Below the pieces are notes generated by a model, which worked only from the letters and a program-made list of their open reading frames with translations, was not told where the DNA came from and did not search any database. From Limisphaerales bacterium (GTDB taxonomy: Bacteria; Pseudomonadota; Alphaproteobacteria; Rhodobacterales; Rhodobacteraceae), in NCBI GenBank assembly GCA_044356825.1, contig JBIKVM010000001.1:1-51395 (forward strand): a stretch of DNA of 51,395 nt. Direction: 5' to 3'. Positions 26,146 through 33,223 of this stretch are shown in pieces; positions within the stretch are counted from its first letter, which is position 1, and each line of letters begins with the position of its first letter. Position numbers and translations under genes: made by a program.

Positions 26146-26149
26146 CCCG

Positions 26150-26773
26150 TCAGGTCAGCACGAAAGAGGTGATGATGACTTCCTCGATGTCGGGTTCGAG
26201 GCCCTCGGACACCAGCCAGTCATTCAAAAGCGTGCGGATCCGTTCGGTCAGGGCGCGCCGAGCTTCGACCGTGCGCAGATCCTCGGCGGCAACGTCGGCG
26301 AGTGTGTCCATGATCAGGCCACGTACGACGGCTTCGCGTTCCTGAAGGCGCAATATGACCCCTTCGGAAAACATTGGCGGCAGGAAAACGCTGACGGACA
26401 GTTCGAGACTGAAAAGACCCGAGCCGTCGCGGGCATTTCCGGCAAAAGCCGACGCGAAGCTGAAGTAGCGATAGGAGGGGGGAATGATCTGGCCTTGCTC
26501 GTCGACCTGGACGCGCTCTTCGCCCGTGGCCGTGGCTTCGGCGCCCGCGGGCACGGCTTCGCCCTGGGCGGGTGCCTCACCCTCGGCGGGTGCCGCCGTC
26601 GCTTCGGCGGCGGGCGCATCCGTGTCGGCGGGCGCGGTGGCCTCGAAGCGGTCGCGATAGGGCTGGAGGTGTTCGGCGCGCGGCCCGACTGCGGCGTGGC
26701 CGCCGATGAAGGCCGCAAGCACGATGAAACCCGGCAGGATATAGACGATCCCCTGGAGGAGAAGAGCCTTCAT
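26150..26773 (-). CDS. Second FliL-like protein, 207 aa
   Basis: Internal ATG 26773. N-terminal TM segment (LLLQGIVYILPGFIVLAAFIGG), Ala/Glu/Pro-rich linker, and a FliL-type C-terminal domain (LFSLELSVSVFL...LRTVEARRALTERIRTLLNDWL...VIITSFVLT). Confidence 0.6.
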   Translation of the reverse strand: MKALLLQGIVYILPGFIVLAAFIGGHAAVGPRAEHLQPYRDRFEATAPADTDAPAAEATAAPAEGEAPAQGEAVPAGAEATATGEERVQVDEQGQIIPPSYRYFSFASAFAGNARDGSGLFSLELSVSVFLPPMFSEGVILRLQEREAVVRGLIMDTLADVAAEDLRTVEARRALTERIRTLLNDWLVSEGLEPDIEEVIITSFVLT

Positions 26774-26893
26774 CCGACAGACCCCGCACGCTTGCCCGGG
26801 GTCGTCCCCGAGCGAAAAATGCACCCGAGGTCCGGATGGCACCCGCCACCGGACCTGCTGACGCCAGACGGCGCCCCCTGCATCGCGCCGTTG

Positions 26894-27199
26894 TCAGCCG
26901 CGCGAGATGTCCGCCTTCAGATAGGATCCGAAGCCCGACAGGACCTGCACATGCGCGCGCAGCCGCAACTCGATCCGGCGCACGTCTTCGCGCAGCGCCT
27001 CGAGCGACAGCCGGTCAACCCCCTCGGTCTCGGGCCGCACCGCCATCGTCTCGGCGAGCGCGCTCGTGACCGTCTGGAGATCGGATGTCGCCGACGTCAG
27101 GGCCTCGGCATCATGCAGACTGCCCGCCACCCGTCCAAGGGTGTCGCGCAGGGCATCGAGGCGTCCGTTCAGGTCGGTCGGCATCGCGTCGTGGTCCAT
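26894..27199 (-). CDS. Small helical protein, 101 aa, FlgN-like by position
   Basis: Immediately downstream of flgM, in the flgA-flgM-flgN order. Helical and Leu/Ala/Asp-rich. No diagnostic motif. Confidence 0.45.
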   Translation of the reverse strand: MDHDAMPTDLNGRLDALRDTLGRVAGSLHDAEALTSATSDLQTVTSALAETMAVRPETEGVDRLSLEALREDVRRIELRLRAHVQVLSGFGSYLKADISRG

Positions 27200-27209
27200 C
27201 TTCAGGCCC

Positions 27210-27509
27210 TCAACCCTTGAGTTGAAGGTAGCTTTCCATCAGCCGGTCGGCCACCCGATCGAGATCGATCGGATAGTTCCCCTTGCGGATGGCGTCCTTG
27301 ATCCGTCCAACGGCTTCGATGTCGATGGGCGGTTCGCTCTTCATTGCCGCCACGGTCGCCTTCGACTGCAAGTCGCTGGTCGGGGCCGCAGGTGCTGTCG
27401 AAGCGGCTTTCGCCACCTCGGCCGCAGCCTTGCGGTCAGCCAGTTCCTTGGCAATCGATGCGCCAGGGACGGACACTCTGTGTGCCGTATGCTTGATGTG
27501 ATCAACCAT
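27210..27509 (-). CDS. flgM: Anti-sigma-28 factor FlgM, 99 aa
   Basis: C-terminal FlgM signature: PIDIEAVGRIKDAIRKGNYPIDLDRVADRLMESYL. AAGGAGG at 5-nt spacing from the start. Confidence 0.8.
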   Translation of the reverse strand: MVDHIKHTAHRVSVPGASIAKELADRKAAAEVAKAASTAPAAPTSDLQSKATVAAMKSEPPIDIEAVGRIKDAIRKGNYPIDLDRVADRLMESYLQLKG

Positions 27510-27530
27510 GACACCCTCCTTACGCGATGG

Positions 27531-27558
27531 GAAACGACCGCAGACTAGTTCATGTTAG
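27531..27558 (-). promoter_or_regulatory. Candidate sigma28 promoter of flgM: CTAAC-N15-GTCGTTTC
   Basis: Minus strand reads CGCTAACATGAACTAGTCTGCGGTCGTTTCCCATCGCGTAAGGAGG. Overlaps the 3' end of flgA, as the class 3 flgM promoter does in enterics. Confidence 0.5.
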
Positions 27559-29131
27559 CGATGGGACGTATTTTTTCCGAGCCTTCGACGACGCCCTGGA
27601 TGATCTCGCCGGAAGAAACGTTCTCGACCTCGATGATGTCACCCAGTTGGCCGTTGCCGACGGCGCGGCCGGGTGTCACGATCTCGAAGCCGCCGATCGC
27701 ATTCACGATCATGAGCGGATTGCCCTCGCGCACGAGCCAGTCGTAATCGAGGTGCCGGGCGTGGAGCGCGCGCCCCTCACCGAGCGTCTGGGTCAGCGTG
27801 CGCCCGATCACGTCGGATGCGTTCGTGAACAGCCCGGTAGAGGCCTTCTGCGGCGCCGGGATCATCATAACATCGTCCTCGGTCAGAACCGCCCCCTTGC
27901 GCAGGCTGCGCCGGAGCGCCGCGACGACGACACCCGAGCTGGCCGCGTCCGCAGCCTTCTCGCCGGTGTTGGCCTCAGCGGCAGGGGCCGGCATCGCTTC
28001 GGCCGCCTCGGCCTCTAGAGCCGCAACCGCCGTTGCATCGGGCAAGGGTGAGGACAGGTTCGTCCGCACGAGCAGCGACCACTCGAAGGGCGTCGTGCAG
28101 CGCACCGTGACCATGCTCCAGTCGGTTCCGTTGCGCGGTTCTGCACCGAGGGGTTCGGAGCAGGGATAGAAGCGCCGGGTCGCGGGGATCACGGGCTCGC
28201 CACGCAGGCCGGCAGCCTGCAGGAGGTCGATCACCGCCGCTTCGACATGTGCGGCCGTGACATCGAAGGCCCCGGTTGCATCGGCGGCCGTTGCGGCGTC
28301 CTCGACGGTGCGCACATAGACGGCCCATTCGAGCGGTTCGGAGCAACGCACCTCGACCGTCCGCCAGTCCGAGCCGAAGCGCGGCGCGGCCTTGAGTTCG
28401 CTCGAGCAGGGAAAGAAGCGGCGCAGGCGCGACACGAGCGGGGTCGCGGCGATCCCCTCTTCGCTCAGCGCACGCCTGACCGCGGCCTCGATGTCGGTGG
28501 CGGTCGCGCGCGGTGCCGAGTCAAGCGCGGTTGTGCTCGCGGGGCCCCGGCGGGCAACGGTTCGGACATTGAGCGACCAGCGCGCCGGGGCGGGGCAACT
28601 GACGGCAACCGTCCGCCAATCACCCTCGATCCGCGGCGCGACATCGAGCGGTGCCGCACAGGGGTAGAAGACGCGCGACTGGTTCACGACCGGCACGGCA
28701 TCAAGCGCCGCCGCATCGAGTTTGGCCTGAACCGCCGCGACGATCTCTGCTGCATCAACCTGCCGGACGGGATCGGGGACTCCCGCGGCATCGGCCGGCA
28801 GCGCAGCGCCGCTGCGGACCATCACCGACCAGCGGACAGGCGCCGGGCAGGTGACGTTGACAGTGCGCCAGTCGTCGCCATTGCGCGGCGTGACCTCGAG
28901 TGGCGCGCCGCAAGGATTGAACTGGCGCCCGGGCGGAATCACGGGGTCGGCCTCGTAGCCCTGCTCCTGAAGGACGCGGCGGACGCGCGCAGCTACCTCG
29001 GCACCCGAGACGACCTGTGCCCCGGCCATCTGCTCGGCCAGGGTGGGGGGCGGATCCTGTTCGGGCGCCGACACCGCGGGCCCTGCCGCGAGACAGGCCA
29101 TGAGCGCGAGGACGAAGCGGCGGATCGCCAT
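27545..29131 (-). CDS. flgA: P-ring assembly chaperone FlgA, expanded to 528 aa with a fourfold-repeated N-terminal domain
   Basis: Internal ATG 29131 with a signal peptide (MAIRRFVLALMACLAAGPAVSA). C-terminal SAF/FlgA region: LRKGAVLTEDDV...VREGNPLMIV...GDIIEVENVSSGEIIQGVV. Preceded by four modules that match the FlgA N-terminal domain pattern (PC..PL...W..V.V.C....W...VR). Confidence 0.85.
   Translation of the reverse strand: MAIRRFVLALMACLAAGPAVSAPEQDPPPTLAEQMAGAQVVSGAEVAARVRRVLQEQGYEADPVIPPGRQFNPCGAPLEVTPRNGDDWRTVNVTCPAPVRWSVMVRSGAALPADAAGVPDPVRQVDAAEIVAAVQAKLDAAALDAVPVVNQSRVFYPCAAPLDVAPRIEGDWRTVAVSCPAPARWSLNVRTVARRGPASTTALDSAPRATATDIEAAVRRALSEEGIAATPLVSRLRRFFPCSSELKAAPRFGSDWRTVEVRCSEPLEWAVYVRTVEDAATAADATGAFDVTAAHVEAAVIDLLQAAGLRGEPVIPATRRFYPCSEPLGAEPRNGTDWSMVTVRCTTPFEWSLLVRTNLSSPLPDATAVAALEAEAAEAMPAPAAEANTGEKAADAASSGVVVAALRRSLRKGAVLTEDDVMMIPAPQKASTGLFTNASDVIGRTLTQTLGEGRALHARHLDYDWLVREGNPLMIVNAIGGFEIVTPGRAVGNGQLGDIIEVENVSSGEIIQGVVEGSEKIRPIANMN
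28061..29014 (-). repeat. Four tandem coding repeats of about 82-84 codons inside flgA
   Basis: Cys pairs at residues 74/95, 158/179, 242/263 and 324/345. Shared pattern: V..V...L...G....PV....R.F.PC..PL...PR.G.DWRTV.V.C..P..WS..VRT. Confidence 0.7.
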
Positions 29132-30279
29132 CAGCGCACCTCCATGAAGCGCGCCTTGGCGCCGGCCAACGCGGCGGTGTCGCGCGTGCGATCGATGGGT
29201 CGCAGCCGGACCGAGGAGTCCTCGATCCCGATGATCTCGAGGATCGTGTAGGGCGTCGAACTGCCCTCGGTATAGGCGAGGTGGTTGCGCGTGAGGCCGT
29301 GGCGCCGCCCGAACGGCAGGCTGAGGGTTCCGTCCCCGGCAGCCGCGAGCATCCCCACGAGCGGGCGGCACACGATGTCGCGAACCAGCGCATCGACATG
29401 CGCCTCGAGCCCCGCCGTCAACTCGGCAACGACCGTGGCGCGGTCTCGGCGGGAGATCGGGTTCATAAGCGCGAGCGTCCCCGTTCCGGGCAGACGGACA
29501 CTGCGGCGCAAGACGGCCTGCGCGCCCTCCTCGGTTCCTCCGGAGAACAGGCGCGACGCGATCTCGAGTTCGATCTCTGGGCCTTCGATCAGCCCCACTG
29601 CGGTGGATCCCGCGCGGATCTCTACCATGGTGTCAAAACCGAAACCGTTCGAGGCGACACCCGCGGCGAGCGGCCGCATCCCCGTCAGGGTTGCGTAATC
29701 GAAGGCGGGGTTGGCCGTGGCGCTCGACATCACCTCCTGAGCCGATGAGCCGACGCTCCCCGCGAAGTCGACCGAACGATGCGCGCCGAGCTGTTCCATC
29801 AGCGCGGCCGCGACGTCCTGCACCACGGGCTGAAGCCATGCGGGGGCGCGCGGATCGAGCACAAGTGACGGCCGGAACGCCATGATCGAGACGCGCACCT
29901 CGCGCGGGCAATCGGCAATCGGCTGGATCTCGCCCAGCAGCGCACGGACGCGGATCCGCGTTGCCTCGCCGACGCGCTCCTCGGAGAGGATCGAATAGTC
30001 AAGGATGCGCGATGCGGGCCGCACGACAAGCTGATCGGTCACGATCTCGCTGCGCGAAAGGGCGGTGAAGCCAGTGACCTCCGCTCCCCCGATCATGGCT
30101 GCCTGATAGAGCGCCTCTTCGAGCGCGCGCCGCCGCGTAGCCGATGCGGCACCTTGGACCGTGTCGACGGCCTGCCCCTCGGCCTCAACCGTCATCACCT
30201 GCGCCGCAGCCGGCAGGGCATGCCCCGCCGCGGCGATGACCAGCGCAAGCAGCGCGGCAGGGATGATGGGCCGGCTCAC
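29131..30279 (-). CDS. flgT: FlgT-like flagellar outer-ring (H-ring) assembly protein, 382 aa (GTG start)
   Basis: GTG 30279 with GAGGGA at 6-nt spacing. Signal peptide. The N-terminal pattern VEAEGQAV...ATRRRALEEALYQAAMIGGAEVTG is like the FlgT/LPP20-type N-domain. Positioned between flgP and flgA. Confidence 0.6.
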   Translation of the reverse strand: MSRPIIPAALLALVIAAAGHALPAAAQVMTVEAEGQAVDTVQGAASATRRRALEEALYQAAMIGGAEVTGFTALSRSEIVTDQLVVRPASRILDYSILSEERVGEATRIRVRALLGEIQPIADCPREVRVSIMAFRPSLVLDPRAPAWLQPVVQDVAAALMEQLGAHRSVDFAGSVGSSAQEVMSSATANPAFDYATLTGMRPLAAGVASNGFGFDTMVEIRAGSTAVGLIEGPEIELEIASRLFSGGTEEGAQAVLRRSVRLPGTGTLALMNPISRRDRATVVAELTAGLEAHVDALVRDIVCRPLVGMLAAAGDGTLSLPFGRRHGLTRNHLAYTEGSSTPYTILEIIGIEDSSVRLRPIDRTRDTAALAGAKARFMEVR

Positions 30280-30289
30280 GGAAAATCCC

Positions 30290-30826
30290 TCAGCCGGCGC
30301 GACGGGCAGCGCGCAAAAGCTGATCGACCATCTCGCGGTCGATCTCGAGCAGCACCTCGTAGGTATCGCTGCCCTTGGGTTCGATGCGCACGGTGCGTGC
30401 GCCCCGGATGGTGCCCGCGACAGACGCGCGCAACGTATCGCTCTGGACCACCGCATCGGCAATCGAGGTCTGGCTGTCGATGCGCAGCCCGTGAATCTTT
30501 TCGGTCAGCTCGCGCATCGCCTCGAGCCGCGCGGCGCGGATCGCCATCAGCCGGCGATGGGTCTGCGACTTGCCATGCTGGGCAGAGACAACCGCATAAC
30601 CAACTCCACTGATCGTGGGGACCGTGCGCGCCGCCGTGTCGTTCACGTCAAGCACCTGCTGCGTGCGCAGGAGGTCCTGCGTGGCCGAAGGTCCCTGATC
30701 GGACGCCCCCGCGAAGGGAAGACTCAACGACCCGGTGCAGCCCGAGACGGCCAGCCCGAGGCCGAGCGCTAGCACCGTCGGCAGGACAGCCGGACGGGCG
30801 CGGTGGATCGTGAATTCATGTGCCAA
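30290..30826 (-). CDS. flgP: FlgP (LPP20-family) flagellar lipoprotein, 178 aa (TTG start)
   Basis: TTG 30826 preceded by GAAGGAG at 7-nt spacing, downstream of the sigma54 promoter. Lipobox LAVSGC. LPP20-like core: GVGYAVVSAQHGKSQTHRRLMAIRAARLEAMRELTEKIHG. Confidence 0.7.
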   Translation of the reverse strand: MAHEFTIHRARPAVLPTVLALGLGLAVSGCTGSLSLPFAGASDQGPSATQDLLRTQQVLDVNDTAARTVPTISGVGYAVVSAQHGKSQTHRRLMAIRAARLEAMRELTEKIHGLRIDSQTSIADAVVQSDTLRASVAGTIRGARTVRIEPKGSDTYEVLLEIDREMVDQLLRAARRAG

Positions 30827-30861
30827 GGTGCCGCTCCTTCGCAAGGGTTGCAAAGGACGGG

Positions 30862-30877
30862 TGCACGAACCGTGCCA
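30862..30877 (-). promoter_or_regulatory. sigma54 promoter of flgP operon: TGGCAC-ggttc-GTGCA
   Basis: Correct spacing. The predicted transcription start is about 25 nt upstream of TTG 30826. Confidence 0.6.
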
Positions 30878-30918
30878 GACGGCCCGGACGAGGTTGCCTG
30901 AGGCCGCAACCATGCGGG

Positions 30919-30934
30919 TGGCACAGGTTTTGCT
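30919..30934 (+). promoter_or_regulatory. sigma54 promoter of flhA operon: TGGCAC-aggtt-TTGCT
   Basis: Full consensus match. Divergent from the flgP promoter 42 nt away. About 140-nt leader to ATG 31086. Confidence 0.65.
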
Positions 30935-31056
30935 TTCATGGATCGGAGAGATCTCGTCCAAGTGCGGAAGGCGCGGCAGAGATGGCAGCGATGGCAGGAA
31001 AAACCAGGGGGAACGGGTTCGGAACGGGCCACGGCATGACCCTTGGCCGAGGAACC

Positions 31057-31072
31057 CGGCGGGATTCCGACA
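31057..31072. promoter_or_regulatory. Palindromic box cGGCGGGATTCCGACA (13/16)
   Basis: Lies in the flhA leader, about 213 bp upstream of the flgP transcription start. The right half-site is perfect and is followed by CCGACAGTCGG. Confidence 0.4.
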
Positions 31073-31085
31073 GTCGGTGCCTGTC

Positions 31086-33212
31086 ATGGAACTGACACGC
31101 GGCCGGATGGTCCCAGGCGATCTGCGCGGCGCCCTCGGAAGCGCGATCCTTCCGATCGGCATCCTCGCCGTCGTCGCGATGATGGTGCTGCCGCTGCCGG
31201 TCATGCTGCTCGACATGTTCTTCGTCGTGAACATCCTCGTTTCGCTGCTCATCCTGCTCGTGGCGATGCACACCTATCGTCCGGTCGATTTCTCGTCCTT
31301 CCCCACGGTGCTCCTGATCGCGACGATCCTCAGGCTCGCGCTCAACGTGGCCTCGACACGCATCGTGCTGGCCGAGGGGCACACGGGCGATGATGCGGCC
31401 GGACAGGTCATCAAGTCGTTCGGCGAGTTCGTGATCGCAGGCAACTACGTGGTCGGGATCTTCGTCTTCGCGATCCTCGTCATCATCAACCTCATCGTCA
31501 TCACCAAGGGCGCGGGGCGCGTGTCCGAAGTTTCGGCGCGCTTCACGCTCGATGCGTTGCCCGGCAAGCAGATGGCGATCGACGCCGACCTCAACGCAGG
31601 GCTCCTGACGGCCGAGGAGGCGACGAAGCGCCGCCAGGAAGTCGCGCAAGAGGCGGACTTCTACGGCTCGATGGATGGTGCATCGAAATTCGTGAAGGGC
31701 GACGCGATCGCAGGCCTTCTCATCCTTGCCATCAACATCGTCGGCGGTCTCATCATCGGGACTGTACAGCATGGGCTGGGCATCGGCGAAGCGGCCGAGA
31801 TCTACATCCTGCTCTCGATCGGCGACGGCCTCGTCGCGCAGATCCCCTCGCTCCTGCTCTCGATCGCGACCGCGATCATCGTGACGCGCGTCTCCTCGAC
31901 CGAGGACATGGCCGAGCACATTGGAAAACAGGTAAATCTCTCGCGCGCCTGGATCCCTTCGGCGTTGGTGATGTTCATTCTCGGCGTGACGCCGGGGATG
32001 CCCAACCAGCTCTTCCTGACCTTCGCGGCGCTGGCGGCGGGGGCAGGCTATCTGGCCCGCCGAGCCGAAATCGCGCGCGCCGAGGAACCCGAGGAAGAAC
32101 CCGAGGCCGCCGCTGGTGAAGGCCCGGCGAAAGAGGCGATCACGCTCGAGGATGTCACCGACTATTCTCCGGTCTCGCTCCAGCTCGGCTATGGCCTCAT
32201 CTCGATGGTGGATGGCGACGAGGGCAGCCCCCTTGTCACCCGTATCACCGGGATCCGGCGCGAGGTGTCGCGCGCGCTCGGTTTCGTCGTGCCCGGCGTG
32301 CGCATCCGCGACGACCTCGGGCTCGAGCCCAACCAGTACCGCATCCGCATCGGCCAGACGATCGTCGGCGAGGATCGAGTCTTTCCCGACCGCAAGCTCG
32401 CGCTCGCGGGGGATCGGACGGCGGTCAGGATCGACGGGGTCGAGGTCAAGGATCCGTCGTTCGGAATGGACGCGACCTGGATCCGCCCGCAGCAGCAGGC
32501 CGAGGCCGAGGCGAACGACTATGTCGTGATCGAGCCCGAGTCGGTCCTTGCGACGCACCTCAGCCAGCTTCTCTACAAGCACGCGGCCGAACTCGTGGGG
32601 CAGGACGATGTGCAGGCGCTGGTCGACAACCTCGCCAAGAACAGCCCCAACCTCGTGCAATCGGTCGTGCCGAAACTCGTGCCGCTGCATGTGCTGACGG
32701 CGGTGCTGCGCGCGCTCCTGCACGAGCGGATCCCGATCGCGGACCTGCGGCGGATCCTCGAGGGGCTCGCGAACCTCTCGAACCGCAATGCCCCGCCGAC
32801 AGAGATGGCCGAGGCACTGCGGCCCGCACTTGTGCCGCTCCTCATCCAGCAGGTGGCGCCGCTCGGTAAGCCGCTGCCCGTCATCACCCTGACGCCCGAC
32901 CTCGAGCAGCTCCTGCTGCGGACCCTGCGCCAGTCGAGCGAGGGCGAGCTCGTCCTCGAGGGCGAGCTTGCCCAGCAGCTCGTGACCTCGATCAACGAGA
33001 CATCCGAGCGGATGTCGGCCGAGGGAAAGCCCGGCGTCACCGTCGTCGCACCCCAGATCCGGCGCGCCTTCGCCGCCTTCCTGCGCGGCCACATGCCCGA
33101 CGCCATCGTGCTGAGCTATACTGAACTGCCCGAAAACCGCCGTGTCGAGGTCGCCGCGACCATCGGCGGGGCGGGTGCGCTGCCCCGCGAAACCGGCCCC
33201 AAGACCAGATGA
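31086..33212 (+). CDS. flhA: Flagellar export apparatus protein FlhA, 708 aa
   Basis: Internal ATG 31086. Conserved FlhA N-terminus (LPLPVMLLDMFFVVNILVSLLILLVAM, FPTVLLIATILRLALNVASTRIVL), FHIPEP region, and C-terminal cytoplasmic domain. Confidence 0.95.
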   Translation: MELTRGRMVPGDLRGALGSAILPIGILAVVAMMVLPLPVMLLDMFFVVNILVSLLILLVAMHTYRPVDFSSFPTVLLIATILRLALNVASTRIVLAEGHTGDDAAGQVIKSFGEFVIAGNYVVGIFVFAILVIINLIVITKGAGRVSEVSARFTLDALPGKQMAIDADLNAGLLTAEEATKRRQEVAQEADFYGSMDGASKFVKGDAIAGLLILAINIVGGLIIGTVQHGLGIGEAAEIYILLSIGDGLVAQIPSLLLSIATAIIVTRVSSTEDMAEHIGKQVNLSRAWIPSALVMFILGVTPGMPNQLFLTFAALAAGAGYLARRAEIARAEEPEEEPEAAAGEGPAKEAITLEDVTDYSPVSLQLGYGLISMVDGDEGSPLVTRITGIRREVSRALGFVVPGVRIRDDLGLEPNQYRIRIGQTIVGEDRVFPDRKLALAGDRTAVRIDGVEVKDPSFGMDATWIRPQQQAEAEANDYVVIEPESVLATHLSQLLYKHAAELVGQDDVQALVDNLAKNSPNLVQSVVPKLVPLHVLTAVLRALLHERIPIADLRRILEGLANLSNRNAPPTEMAEALRPALVPLLIQQVAPLGKPLPVITLTPDLEQLLLRTLRQSSEGELVLEGELAQQLVTSINETSERMSAEGKPGVTVVAPQIRRAFAAFLRGHMPDAIVLSYTELPENRRVEVAATIGGAGALPRETGPKTR

Positions 33213-33223
33213 GGTGAACGGCC

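Noticed and set aside
26808-26824. GGGTGC-atttt-TCGCT (minus strand) upstream of the fliL-like gene
   Set aside because: Spacing is right, but both the -24 and -12 words deviate from consensus at several positions. This is not enough to call a promoter.
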